Assembly: GCA_038061615.1 (NCBI GenBank)
Contig: JBBTYY010000015.1
Span: 1,298 to 65,297 of the forward strand
Direction of reading: 5' to 3'
Origin: Patescibacteria group bacterium
GTDB taxonomy: Bacteria > Patescibacteriota > Microgenomatia > Levybacterales > UBA12049
DNA length: 64,000 nucleotides
Both the position numbers and the translations under genes were made by a program. The notes beneath the pieces were generated by a model. That model saw only the letters and a list, made by a program, of their open reading frames with translations. It did not search any database and was not told where the DNA came from. Shown here one piece after another: positions 51,208 through 61,255 of this stretch (positions are counted from its first letter, which is position 1; every line of letters starts with the position of its first letter).

Positions 51208-51235
51208 TCTTACTTCTTAAGTCTTACGTCTTAAA
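51208..51235. repeat. (TCTTAAG)n array upstream of four-helix-bundle gene, inverted relative to 50812-50854
   Basis: tcttact tcttaag tcttacg tcttaaa, containing the upstream GT2 stop. Confidence 0.8.
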
Positions 51236-52014
51236 TACTTTACATACGCTACGGGAAATCGAAGGGAAGAAAAAAGAGAAAACACAAATCCCGGCCAGAG
51301 ATCCATAAAACCTTTATGTCTGAAATAAGTAATCAAAAACCAATGCGGAGGTTTTAAGAACACAAGTCCCAACCCATACAAAATTTTTTGAAATCTGTTC
51401 TTATTTTTAAGTTTATCTTTGGTTTGGCTTGAGATAAGACCTGTATATCTGCTCCATTTCAATATATATTCAGAAAAATCTTTGTAAGGATAATGCAATA
51501 ACGCTTCATCTAAATATCCCACTTCGCCATCTACCTCCGCCTGCTCATGAACATCTTTTTGCGGAAGTCTTCCTCTGCCTCTTTTATAGAGTCTTAAGGT
51601 GTAATCCGGATATTGCCCTCCTTTTAATAAAAACCGTCCCAAAAACCAATTTTTTCTGGGAATCCAATAACCGTTGATATCAGACTTAGGACTTAAGACA
51701 TAAGACTTATGAGATAAAATTTCTTTAATTTCATTTGCAAGTTCAGGTGTAACTCTTTCGTCTGCATCAAGCTGAAGTATCCAATCACAAGTTGCCATAT
51801 CAATTGCCATCTGTTTATTAATATGAAAAACGGGTTTGTTTGTTGTTATTTTTATCCTTGCCCCAAATTTTTTGGCAATTTCAACAGTTTTGTCTTTTGA
51901 TGAACCATCTACCACAACTATCTCATCGGCAATATCTTTTATACTGTTAAGACATGCGGAAAGATTATTTTCTTCATTATATGTTGCCAAAACCACGGAA
52001 AGAGTTTTTCCCAT
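51217..52014 (-). CDS. GT2 beta-glycosyltransferase (WaaE/KdtX-like)
   Basis: VDGSSKD, LDADER, YPDYTLRL and VHE. Confidence 0.88.
   Translation of the reverse strand: MGKTLSVVLATYNEENNLSACLNSIKDIADEIVVVDGSSKDKTVEIAKKFGARIKITTNKPVFHINKQMAIDMATCDWILQLDADERVTPELANEIKEILSHKSYVLSPKSDINGYWIPRKNWFLGRFLLKGGQYPDYTLRLYKRGRGRLPQKDVHEQAEVDGEVGYLDEALLHYPYKDFSEYILKWSRYTGLISSQTKDKLKNKNRFQKILYGLGLVFLKPPHWFLITYFRHKGFMDLWPGFVFSLFSSLRFPVAYVKYLRRKT
51680..51714. repeat. in-frame heptamer array (TAAGACT family)
   Basis: tcagact taggact taagaca taagact tatgaga. Encodes SHKSYVLSPKSD. Confidence 0.8.
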
Positions 52015-52026
52015 GTAATGATGATA

Positions 52027-53679
52027 CTAAGAAAGCCTCATTTTTACAAACTTAAACAATAAGAAACCTATTATATTGAGGCTAACTACTATAGATATGG
52101 CATCGGATAGCGCTCTGATCTTTGTTTCTTTATAGTATACCTCCACAAGGTAGCTACCCTTGTCTAATCTAAATGTCATGATTCCACGATAATGAGGATC
52201 TTGAAATTCCATATCCACAGATTTTTTGTTTGCAAAAATATTCCAGCCGGGAAAATATAAAGTATTTTCCGCAAATAATGTCTTTCCTAAAACATCAACG
52301 TTATATAAATGATATGTTGAAATTCTTTTTAATTCTTTTACAGTCGCTTTACCGTCTAAAACTTCCAGATGAGTCTTCGGTCTTTTTTCCATAAACCGTA
52401 CAGACCAAATTGGTGCGCTTTCTCCTGTATCTGTAGTACTGTTGTAAATACCCGTAAAAAATTCATCTGGATTTTGCAGATATCCGTTTGCCCTTACATA
52501 GTCTTTACTTTGAAACAAAATAATTAGAAGAAGCAAAACAAAAATTATTTTTTTAAATTTACTTGGAACCGCAGAAATAAAATATGCTCCCAAAACTGAA
52601 GTCGTAAAAACTATTACTGCTAAAAAACGCCAGGGAAATTGGAAGTTTTGAAGAAGAATAAATTTTGACCAAATAAAATTAGATTCCTTAAACATTAAAA
52701 ACAAAGCAAAAAAGGAGATTATAATTAATACTGAAATCAGAGTGTAATTTTTATTTTTCTTTCGATAATAATGAAATAATGCAAAAGGTGAGAAGAGCAA
52801 ACTCAACCATGAACCTATACCAAACTGAACGGTAAATTGCCCCGAGCCTCCATAGCTCCAAGAACTGTAAAGCAGATCTTTTAAATTAACAAACCGGGTT
52901 ATGTAACTACCTTTAGTAACAATATTTCTTAAAGTATATTTCCCTTCCATAAGACCAGGAATCCAAAAAAACGCAGAAAGCGAAAAACCGATCAGTATTA
53001 AGAATAAGGTATTAAGTATTAAGTATTTATTAAATTTCGATAACCAAATAAGATAGAAACAATAAGCGAGAATAAATGGTACTAACATTAAGCTTATTGC
53101 GTTGTGGGATAAAATTAGAAGAGCCAAGGATATAGCTCCAAAGATAGAATATTTATATTTTTGATCCTTATATAACTTATATAAAAAGTAGAGAGTGAGC
53201 GGGATAAATGCAAAAGCTAAATTCTCTCCAATATCTCCTCTGACGTACAAGTCAACAAATCTATAGGGAGCATAAGTGTATAAAATAGCGCCTAAAACCG
53301 CAGGAATTTCTCCCAAAAAAGAAGAAAGCCATAAATACATAAAAGCCAAAGACAAAATCATCCCTAAGCCAAAAACAATTTTTACAGAATCAACCAAGGA
53401 AAAACCTACAAAGTGAAAAAATGAAGCGATGTAAGACGGCAGGGGGTACAAAAACTCCAAGATCGGATGCCCGTAGCCCCAATTTAAATTCCCTGCCCAT
53501 CTTGGAATAATGTTTCCTTCCGAAAGATTTTGATAAAAATTGGCAATTCTTGCAACATGATCCTGCCCATCATGCGTAATCGGAAGACCGGCAGAGAGCA
53601 ATGATACTACAGGCAGGATAGCAAGAACAATGAGAGCTATAAAGATTGCTTTATTTTTTATTAGTTCCATAAACTTCAA
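52027..53679 (-). CDS. GT-C-type membrane protein (PTPS-related/YfhO-like), paralog of 46507-48156
   Basis: THDGQDH, PRWAG, VRGDIGE, QFPWRFL and YFPGW. Confidence 0.8.
   Translation of the reverse strand: MKFMELIKNKAIFIALIVLAILPVVSLLSAGLPITHDGQDHVARIANFYQNLSEGNIIPRWAGNLNWGYGHPILEFLYPLPSYIASFFHFVGFSLVDSVKIVFGLGMILSLAFMYLWLSSFLGEIPAVLGAILYTYAPYRFVDLYVRGDIGENLAFAFIPLTLYFLYKLYKDQKYKYSIFGAISLALLILSHNAISLMLVPFILAYCFYLIWLSKFNKYLILNTLFLILIGFSLSAFFWIPGLMEGKYTLRNIVTKGSYITRFVNLKDLLYSSWSYGGSGQFTVQFGIGSWLSLLFSPFALFHYYRKKNKNYTLISVLIIISFFALFLMFKESNFIWSKFILLQNFQFPWRFLAVIVFTTSVLGAYFISAVPSKFKKIIFVLLLLIILFQSKDYVRANGYLQNPDEFFTGIYNSTTDTGESAPIWSVRFMEKRPKTHLEVLDGKATVKELKRISTYHLYNVDVLGKTLFAENTLYFPGWNIFANKKSVDMEFQDPHYRGIMTFRLDKGSYLVEVYYKETKIRALSDAISIVVSLNIIGFLLFKFVKMRLS
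52993..53027. repeat. in-frame heptamer array (AAGTATT family)
   Basis: cagtatt aagaata aggtatt aagtatt aagtatt. Encodes KYLILNTLFLIL. Confidence 0.75.
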
Positions 53680-54946
53680 TCCCTTTTTTTCTCATTAAAT
53701 AATAATATACATAAGATTCAGGTACTCCGGCCTGGAATCCTATTTCTCTTCCTTCACGAATTGCTTTTTTTACTGTTTTTTCTCTATCATATAAACCAAC
53801 GTCCTTATAGGAAATAATAGTATTTAATCCGTTTATGGAATAACCTAGAATAAAAATTATAATAACTATTTTACCTAGCAAAAACTTTGTAGTAAAGACA
53901 AGATTTATAAAGTAAACAATAATAAGTAGCGCAATAAATCTATTTACTGCAAAGTAGTAATCACTTATCTCCCCACTATACAATGAAAAAATTACCCATG
54001 GTACTAAAAACCACAGAGCGATAAGGTAACAGATTTTTTTTGCTTCTAAGCTTGTATTCTTCTTAAGATATATCAGAAAAAAAAGAGGAACTAATATAAT
54101 TTTTAAAGGCTTGAGCCTCTCAAGTAAAATATAGGGATCAAATTGTATTAGAGCATCTCCAATCAATTGGGACATTCTTCTTAAATGAAATCCATGATAA
54201 GCATCAGAGAAATAAGCTGTGTTGGAAATATAGTTCTTGCTAGCAATTAAATAAATTATATTTGGTGTAATACTTGCTATCAAAATTGAAATTGCAATAA
54301 ATCCGTATTTTAATGTCTCCCTGGTCCTTGGAAACAAGGGTAATGAAAATAAAATTATCAGAGAAAAGAATATTGAAGTGAAATGGAGACTAAAAGAGAA
54401 ACCTACTGCAATAGATAATGGAATTATTTTTTTTACATCCCCCAAGGTTATCTTATAAAGAAGGTGGAAGATTAATAACGATACCGTTGGTAAAAGCTGC
54501 ACTGGCCATTGAACCCTATCAAACATAATCGCATTAAAACTAAAAGAATTTAACAACAGTGCGATAATTGCTGCCTCAAGGGACAAAAGTTTTTTAAAGA
54601 TAATAAATATCATCCAAAATGTAAAAATACCAGAAAATACTGCAATTGCCTGAGATGCAATAGGGTTTAAATTAAAAATGAAGTAAAAAAAAGACACAAT
54701 GTAATAGTATAGAGGTCCTACATATACTCCGCTATTTGCCTTTGCAACCATACCAACCAATGGAAATTTATGATTGACAATTATATTCATAGCTGCCCAA
54801 GCATTATCCACCTGATCATATCCGAAAGGATTTTTTATATCGAGCTGATATGTTCTTGTAAAAAGATTAAGCAGAAATATAGCAGAAATTACTAAAATAA
54901 TTTTATTATTTTTCAATAACTTCAAGTATTTTTTAATTTTTTTCAT
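53651..54946 (-). CDS. ArnT/PMT-type GT-C glycosyltransferase
   Basis: FGYDQ in first loop, YVGPLYYY and multiple TMs. Confidence 0.78.
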   Translation of the reverse strand: MKKIKKYLKLLKNNKIILVISAIFLLNLFTRTYQLDIKNPFGYDQVDNAWAAMNIIVNHKFPLVGMVAKANSGVYVGPLYYYIVSFFYFIFNLNPIASQAIAVFSGIFTFWMIFIIFKKLLSLEAAIIALLLNSFSFNAIMFDRVQWPVQLLPTVSLLIFHLLYKITLGDVKKIIPLSIAVGFSFSLHFTSIFFSLIILFSLPLFPRTRETLKYGFIAISILIASITPNIIYLIASKNYISNTAYFSDAYHGFHLRRMSQLIGDALIQFDPYILLERLKPLKIILVPLFFLIYLKKNTSLEAKKICYLIALWFLVPWVIFSLYSGEISDYYFAVNRFIALLIIVYFINLVFTTKFLLGKIVIIIFILGYSINGLNTIISYKDVGLYDREKTVKKAIREGREIGFQAGVPESYVYYYLMRKKGIEVYGTNKK

Positions 54947-56456
54947 CTTCTTCTATCCGCTTTTGAATTATAAATCCGCTCGGTAAAGTTTTTGTATAAA
55001 CAACATCACCGGTTTTGATAACAGTCTCGAGCCAGCCTTCATAAGTCCATGGCTTATGAGGATCGGGCTCGATCAAAAGATAAAATACTCCTTTTTTTTC
55101 ATTATGAGGAATATAACCATATTTTTTTTGCCCATGCCACCAAAGTAAATAATCATAAGGATAAGTATATATTGGAGGAGTAAAAATTAGAAGTTCAAAC
55201 TTTTCTCCCTTGGCATCTTTATAAATGTAATCTATTGCATCAATTTTTCCTTTTACTTTCGCAGTGCCTCCATAATCAAAATAGTCTCTTGTATAGACAT
55301 TTACTGTATAAGAAAAATATACTGCAAAAAAATAAAAAATTATTACAAAAAAGGTTATCTTACCCAGAAGATGTTTTCTAAAAAAATAGATAAGAATAAT
55401 TCCTATAAGAAAACAATAAAATATGTATAACTGTAAAGCCCACCATGTCCACATGTGATCTTTATAAATCATGAAAATAGCAAAAAGTAAAAATGGATTT
55501 GAAACAAGGTAAAAAACAAAAGCTTTTTTTTCAAATACTTGATTTTTGTCTTTTATAAATAAGATGCTACCCAGCACCAAAATTAAAGCAATAATTTGCC
55601 AAAACTCACCAATAAAGGGAAACATTGATGAAAAGCTTGATGAGAAAATTGCGAAATGATTCATGAAGATACTCTCCGCAAGCTTGTTTGCTGTCGGGGA
55701 ATTAAGTGAAGGGAATAATAAATTCATTATTCCTTTTGTATTTAGAAATTCATGTCTCAAGTCAAAAATTATAAGCGGCAGGAGGGGTAAGAGAAAGCCA
55801 ATGATAAATCTGAGTAAAGACCTTCCTGTTATAATTTTTTTCCAAATTAGAAAAGGCACAAATAAAATTGATTGAAAAAGAAGACTTCCGCTAGTTGCGA
55901 TTTCAAAATGAGATATAAGACCAATGGTAAGACCTAAGAATCCCAAGTATTCTTTTTTACCCTGCAGTATTTTATAAATGAAATACAGAAAGAATACTGA
56001 TAAAAGAGATATAGGAAATGGAGGCCATATAAACCTAGACTGAGCAATTATATTTGGAGAAACCGCAATTAAAAATCCTATTATAACTCCTTCCTGCCAG
56101 CTAAATATTTTCTTAGTGAGGAGTATTGCGGAAACAACCGTAGCAATACCAATAATTAACATCAAAACCATCCCCCCATACGGATCTCCCCCAAAAATAA
56201 TAAAGGGAATTGCAAGTAGGTAATACCAACCCGCTCCTTGAAAAAATCCTCCGATCCCGCCCACTTGAGTTCCAATTAAAGTTAATTTATGATCAACAAC
56301 AATTTTTTTGACATCATTGTAGAATTGTCCTTGATCAAATCCAAATAAATAATTCCCGCTTAAAACTTCAACGGATCTTGGAATTAAGGCAAGTACTAGA
56401 ATAAAAATGCTAATTAATAAAAATTTTCTTTTAATTATTTTTTTAATTATTTTCAT
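54933..56456 (-). CDS. ArnT/PMT-type GT-C glycosyltransferase
   Basis: FGFDQG, GWYYLLAIPF and SRFIW. Confidence 0.8.
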   Translation of the reverse strand: MKIIKKIIKRKFLLISIFILVLALIPRSVEVLSGNYLFGFDQGQFYNDVKKIVVDHKLTLIGTQVGGIGGFFQGAGWYYLLAIPFIIFGGDPYGGMVLMLIIGIATVVSAILLTKKIFSWQEGVIIGFLIAVSPNIIAQSRFIWPPFPISLLSVFFLYFIYKILQGKKEYLGFLGLTIGLISHFEIATSGSLLFQSILFVPFLIWKKIITGRSLLRFIIGFLLPLLPLIIFDLRHEFLNTKGIMNLLFPSLNSPTANKLAESIFMNHFAIFSSSFSSMFPFIGEFWQIIALILVLGSILFIKDKNQVFEKKAFVFYLVSNPFLLFAIFMIYKDHMWTWWALQLYIFYCFLIGIILIYFFRKHLLGKITFFVIIFYFFAVYFSYTVNVYTRDYFDYGGTAKVKGKIDAIDYIYKDAKGEKFELLIFTPPIYTYPYDYLLWWHGQKKYGYIPHNEKKGVFYLLIEPDPHKPWTYEGWLETVIKTGDVVYTKTLPSGFIIQKRIEEDEKN

Positions 56457-56459
56457 AAA

Positions 56460-57956
56460 TTAGTGCGTTCTCGTTTGAACTACAATTCCCCCTTTTACTG
56501 TTTTTTCTTTTTGTATTATTCCATCGTCTTCTCTATCTCTTAACCAATCTTTTAATCTAAATGGCAGATCGTAGTCGGGCTCCAGTATTACATAGAGTAA
56601 TCCAGTGTTTTTTTGGGAAGAGATATAGCTATATTTCTTTTTTCCATACCATGAAAACAAGTATCTATAAGGATAATCGTGTACGGCTGGTGTATAAACA
56701 ATATATTTAAAATCTCTTCCCTTTGCATCATTGTAAACGTAATCAATAACAGCAACTTGATTACGATATACTGCGGCATTTCCCTCCCATAAAGGATCTA
56801 TAATATTGTCTAAAACCCGCATGGGATTTAGATTAATCCAAAATAAAACAAACAACATAAGGAAAATAACCCAAGATTTTCTTAAGACAATCCTTGTTGT
56901 ATTAATAGCTATGCTTACAAGAAGGATATAGAAAACCGGAACACCAACAAGATAATGGGGCCAAATAGCTTGATTAAAGAAAATAAAGCTTATCAAAAAA
57001 ATTATAACTATGATAGCTATAGTTTGTATGAATTGTTTCTGCGTATTTTCCATCTTTTTATAAAAAAACAACAAGCTTAAGAAAACGAATGTTATCAAAA
57101 TAAAACCAACCATACTACTTTGTCCTGCTAATGTAGCACTCCATGTGTTAAATAAAGGACTTAGCCTGCTAAAGAGTTCATCAAAAATAGAAAAATGCTT
57201 AGGTAGCATGAATCCGTTGCTAAAAGCGCTAATAAATGTCTTTGTCATCAAAAAATCATGCCGAACCTCAAAAATAATCCGCGGAGAAAAAATAAATAAT
57301 AATCCTAAGACAAAAAAAGGTATTTCTTTTATTCTCAATCTTTTTCTAAAAACAAGAATTAAAGACATGCAGGTACCCAAAAAAAATAGGATTCCAAATA
57401 CTATTTCCAGATCTATGATAATCCCTAAGAACAAACCAAGTAGTAAAAAATATTTTGCTTTAGAAGTTTTAGGTTTACTATCAAAAGAGAACGCATAAAG
57501 CATCAGGAAGACAAGCAAAACAAAAAAAGGTATTAGATTTGGATTCCATATTTGCGAAGAAGACAGAACCATTATGGAAGAAATACTAATAAAAGCAGAA
57601 AAAATTATTCCTAAAAAAACTCCGCCTATCTTTTTTCCAACAATATAACTTAGTAGAATAGTGATAATTCCCATAAACCCCATGAAAAATGCAATTCCCT
57701 GTGGATTACCGGAAAAGATAAAAAATGGAATACTTAATATATAGTACCACCAAGGCCCATAGAAAATACCTTCTATCCCTGTTGTTTGTCCAATAAGGGG
57801 AATTCTATGATTTACTACTATATTTTCAACAGCAATCATGTCTCGTCCGACATCGTAAGTAAATGCAAAAGAATTATCTATAATTCCGCTTAATCTAAGC
57901 CAAGATCCAATTATTAATATAATCAGGAGCCCTAAAACAACAAACGTTTTTTTCAT
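56460..57956 (-). CDS. ArnT/PMT-type GT-C glycosyltransferase
   Basis: YDVGRD, YGPWWYY and WNPNLIP. Confidence 0.8.
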   Translation of the reverse strand: MKKTFVVLGLLIILIIGSWLRLSGIIDNSFAFTYDVGRDMIAVENIVVNHRIPLIGQTTGIEGIFYGPWWYYILSIPFFIFSGNPQGIAFFMGFMGIITILLSYIVGKKIGGVFLGIIFSAFISISSIMVLSSSQIWNPNLIPFFVLLVFLMLYAFSFDSKPKTSKAKYFLLLGLFLGIIIDLEIVFGILFFLGTCMSLILVFRKRLRIKEIPFFVLGLLFIFSPRIIFEVRHDFLMTKTFISAFSNGFMLPKHFSIFDELFSRLSPLFNTWSATLAGQSSMVGFILITFVFLSLLFFYKKMENTQKQFIQTIAIIVIIFLISFIFFNQAIWPHYLVGVPVFYILLVSIAINTTRIVLRKSWVIFLMLFVLFWINLNPMRVLDNIIDPLWEGNAAVYRNQVAVIDYVYNDAKGRDFKYIVYTPAVHDYPYRYLFSWYGKKKYSYISSQKNTGLLYVILEPDYDLPFRLKDWLRDREDDGIIQKEKTVKGGIVVQTRTH

Positions 57957-57972
57957 AGATTTGGATTTCTCT

Positions 57973-59508
57973 TTATTCTTTAAATAAACGTTTCTGAATA
58001 ATAAAACCGCTTGTAAGTTGTTCTGTATTTATAACATCACCATCTTTTATCACAGTTTCAAGCCATCCCTGATAGCTCCATGGTTTTGACGTATCTTTTT
58101 CAATAAGAAGATACACAAGTCCTTTTTTCTCCTGATGTGGAGCATAGCCATATTTTTTCTTTCCATACCAAGAAACAAGATAATCATAGGGATAAGTATA
58201 TATAGGAGGACTAAATACCAGTAATCCAAATCGTTCTCCATCAGCGTTTCTATAAATATGATCTATCGCATCGATTTTTCCTCTAATTTTATGGGTTCCG
58301 CCATAGTCAACGATATCATAATAAAACGTTTTAATATTAGAAAAAATACTAGATAACAATACGATTGCTATAAATATAATGATAAACCCATCTACTATCT
58401 TATGTCGCGTTTTAAAAATAGATGCAATGGCGAAAACGACTAAAAATATATAGGCAAGATTAAGATGAATGAGATAATAATTGTATACAAAGTTTCTCAA
58501 AAATCCTAAAACAATAAATGTAACGGGTATAAGAAGCAAAAGATACAAAATAAATTTCTTTCTTTCTTTATCTTTCTCTTTTATAACAAAATAAAAAATG
58601 ATAGGAATAATCGTAATAATTGCTATTGAAGGAATAATGATTTGCGAAGGGAATGTAGACAAAAAATTATTAAAGAACACCAGTAGATGATCACGTAAAA
58701 GCAACACCCAAAATGCTTGCGTCGTTGCAGTCTCTGGATGGTTGAAAATATAAATCGAAAGTCCTTTTATCGCTTGGAATCCATGACGAATTTCGAAAAA
58801 AAACATAGGTGAAAAAGCCAGAATCGTTCCAAGAAATAATACTCCATACTGCTTAATGTGTTTAAGCTTGAGTACCAATACGCAATATATGAAGAGAGTA
58901 AGAAATAAGGGAATTGCTATCGCCAATTGAAAATTGTATACAAAACTTGAGAAAAAGGAAGCCCAAAAAAGGTATTTTGTTCTTCCTTTTTTAGTAAAGA
59001 GGAATACGAAATAAAATCCAAGCAAGATAAATAATGGCGCGGGATTAGAATTCCAAATAAACCTTGAGTACGAGATAAAAGGCGGGGAAACTGCAATTAT
59101 GGTTGCTATTAACAATCCAACTTTTGCTCCAAAGAGCCTCCTTCCGATAATATAGCAAAAAAAAATCGTTGCAATTCCTAATATAAACATCAATACCATT
59201 CCCCCATAAGGATCTCCCCTAAAAATTATGAAAGGCAATGCAAGTAAATAATAATAAAAAGGTCCATGGAAAATACCCCTAAATCCAGCAACACCCGCTC
59301 CTATTTCTGACCCAATGAGAGTTAACTTATGATCTACTACGATATTTTTTACCGCAAGATAATCTCTTCCCTGATCAAATCCAAAAAGAAAATTTCTATT
59401 TACAACCTCCACCGACCTTAAAGCTATACCTGAAACAAGTACGAAAAAAAATAATATATAAATAAAGGACTTAAAATTTACAAACTTATAAAATATATTT
59501 TTCTTCAT
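57973..59508 (-). CDS. ArnT/PMT-type GT-C glycosyltransferase
   Basis: FGFDQGRD, HGPFYYY and SRFIWN. Close paralog of 54933-56456. Confidence 0.8.
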   Translation of the reverse strand: MKKNIFYKFVNFKSFIYILFFFVLVSGIALRSVEVVNRNFLFGFDQGRDYLAVKNIVVDHKLTLIGSEIGAGVAGFRGIFHGPFYYYLLALPFIIFRGDPYGGMVLMFILGIATIFFCYIIGRRLFGAKVGLLIATIIAVSPPFISYSRFIWNSNPAPLFILLGFYFVFLFTKKGRTKYLFWASFFSSFVYNFQLAIAIPLFLTLFIYCVLVLKLKHIKQYGVLFLGTILAFSPMFFFEIRHGFQAIKGLSIYIFNHPETATTQAFWVLLLRDHLLVFFNNFLSTFPSQIIIPSIAIITIIPIIFYFVIKEKDKERKKFILYLLLLIPVTFIVLGFLRNFVYNYYLIHLNLAYIFLVVFAIASIFKTRHKIVDGFIIIFIAIVLLSSIFSNIKTFYYDIVDYGGTHKIRGKIDAIDHIYRNADGERFGLLVFSPPIYTYPYDYLVSWYGKKKYGYAPHQEKKGLVYLLIEKDTSKPWSYQGWLETVIKDGDVINTEQLTSGFIIQKRLFKE

Positions 59509-59530
59509 GCCTATTAGTAGATTAATTATA

Positions 59531-61255
59531 TTATTTATCGACCACTCTTATTGCTGAAGATTTATCGGGATAGTCAATCCTTGTGATGGTATGGAATTCT
59601 TCAGCAAAATCATCTTGACCTCCAACTAGTAATATATTATTTTCTTTTTCAGTGTAGTAATTAAAGGATCTAAATTCAAAAATATCAAATTTATTGCCAC
59701 CTTCTTTAAATCCTCCTGATCTTGTACCACCTTGACTTAAATATTTATATGGATCATATTTTGAATAAAATAGAAAAAACATATATGACTGATCCATTAT
59801 CCCCACATTCGAGACGATTATCTTATTGTAATTTTTATGAATAGGCGCAATAAAATCTACTATTTCCTTGTATCCATATTGCCAATACTTCGCATGAAAA
59901 TAATTTTGCTGAACAAAGTACTGATTAAGATAGTAAACAAAGTTTACTACAGTAAATAAGACGTAAGACGTAAGACCTAAGATTAATAAATATTTTCTTA
60001 AGTCATAAATCTTAAGTCTTAAATACGAAGCTCTGACGGAATAAAGAATTTGAATTATTCCTATTGCAGTAAACACCTGAAAAGTAGGAAGAAAGTTTAA
60101 GGTGCGAACCGCATGAGGGACTCCGCTTGTGATTGAAGCCGGAATTGGAGCAATCAAAAACCAGGAGAATATAAATAATTTTGTTTTTTTATCAAATTTG
60201 CCAAAAATCAAACCATAGATGCCTATAAAAAAGAAAGGAAATTCAAATAAGTACAAAAGTCCCATATTTGGCGCGTGATGCCTTGATATGTCTCCTGTAA
60301 TGAATAGCCAATTTAAATCTAAATGAGATAGATAGCCTCCGGCTACATATTTTGCGAATTCTATTCTACGATTATCTAAGACTAATCCCAAGATGTCGTT
60401 ATTTGCTTTATCTCTTGCAATTTTTTCTGTATTTGCCTCAATTATTGAAGCGTTCGAAAAAATACTAACTCCCTTAGCCCTAGAAAGCGCATCCTTATTT
60501 GTTAAGGTAAAAAGAATCAATGGCAGACAAATAATTGTAAAGATTATGAGTGATATGTATATATATTTTTTTCTTATTGAAAAAAACTCTTTTCTAAAAG
60601 AGGATACAAGAATAGCTATCAGAAGAGGAACGAAAACTTTCTCGCTTTGATATACATGAAGACTCAATCCCAACATCAAAGCACTTAATAATAAAAACCA
60701 TGGTTTTTTAAAGGCTTTTAGGAAAAACAATATTCCAAAAACATTTAGAGCCACACCAACGTTTGCCTCAAATGCAACTCGGGAAAATTGAATATGCCAT
60801 GGAGAAATTGCAAGAAGGAAGGCTGATAGCAGCGCTATCATCTCAGTATTTAGTATTTTGTATTTAGTATTTTGTATTTGTTTAGGATTTAGAATTTCGG
60901 ATTTTGGATTTGTTTTGAACAACTCTTTAACCAAAAAGTAAGTAGCAATTACAGCAAGCACGCCAAAAACTGCCGAAGGAAGCCTTACAGCAAATGTATT
61001 TAAGCCAAATAATGCAACTGCAGGAATAGAAAAATATGCGTAAAGAGCAGGTTTGTAGTCATCAAAAGACCTAAGAACAATCGGCAGAAACTTACCGTAC
61101 TCGTCTCTTCCTGTATGCAAAAGAGAGTAGGCATTGTAACCTAAGGCAACTTCGTCCCAGTCAGGAGAAATTGGAACTTTTCCAAAATCCCAAAGTCGAA
61201 GAATTGCCGCTGTGAACAAAATTAAGCCCAAGATTATCAAAACTTTCTTATTCAT
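59531..61255 (-). CDS. PMT/ArnT-type (GT39/83-like) GT-C glycosyltransferase
   Basis: WDEVALGYNAYS, TGRDEYG, DYKP, AVRLPSA and SPWHIQFSRVAFE. Confidence 0.85.
   Translation of the reverse strand: MNKKVLIILGLILFTAAILRLWDFGKVPISPDWDEVALGYNAYSLLHTGRDEYGKFLPIVLRSFDDYKPALYAYFSIPAVALFGLNTFAVRLPSAVFGVLAVIATYFLVKELFKTNPKSEILNPKQIQNTKYKILNTEMIALLSAFLLAISPWHIQFSRVAFEANVGVALNVFGILFFLKAFKKPWFLLLSALMLGLSLHVYQSEKVFVPLLIAILVSSFRKEFFSIRKKYIYISLIIFTIICLPLILFTLTNKDALSRAKGVSIFSNASIIEANTEKIARDKANNDILGLVLDNRRIEFAKYVAGGYLSHLDLNWLFITGDISRHHAPNMGLLYLFEFPFFFIGIYGLIFGKFDKKTKLFIFSWFLIAPIPASITSGVPHAVRTLNFLPTFQVFTAIGIIQILYSVRASYLRLKIYDLRKYLLILGLTSYVLFTVVNFVYYLNQYFVQQNYFHAKYWQYGYKEIVDFIAPIHKNYNKIIVSNVGIMDQSYMFFLFYSKYDPYKYLSQGGTRSGGFKEGGNKFDIFEFRSFNYYTEKENNILLVGGQDDFAEEFHTITRIDYPDKSSAIRVVDK
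59957..60023. repeat. inverted pair of heptamer arrays in frame
   Basis: (taagacg)2 taagacc taagatt, 11 nt, tcttaag tcataaa tcttaag tcttaaa. Confidence 0.85.
60844..60910. repeat. composite heptamer array in frame
   Basis: cagtatt tagtatt ttgtatt tagtatt ttgtatt tgtt taggatt tagaatt tcggatt ttggatt. Confidence 0.88.
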
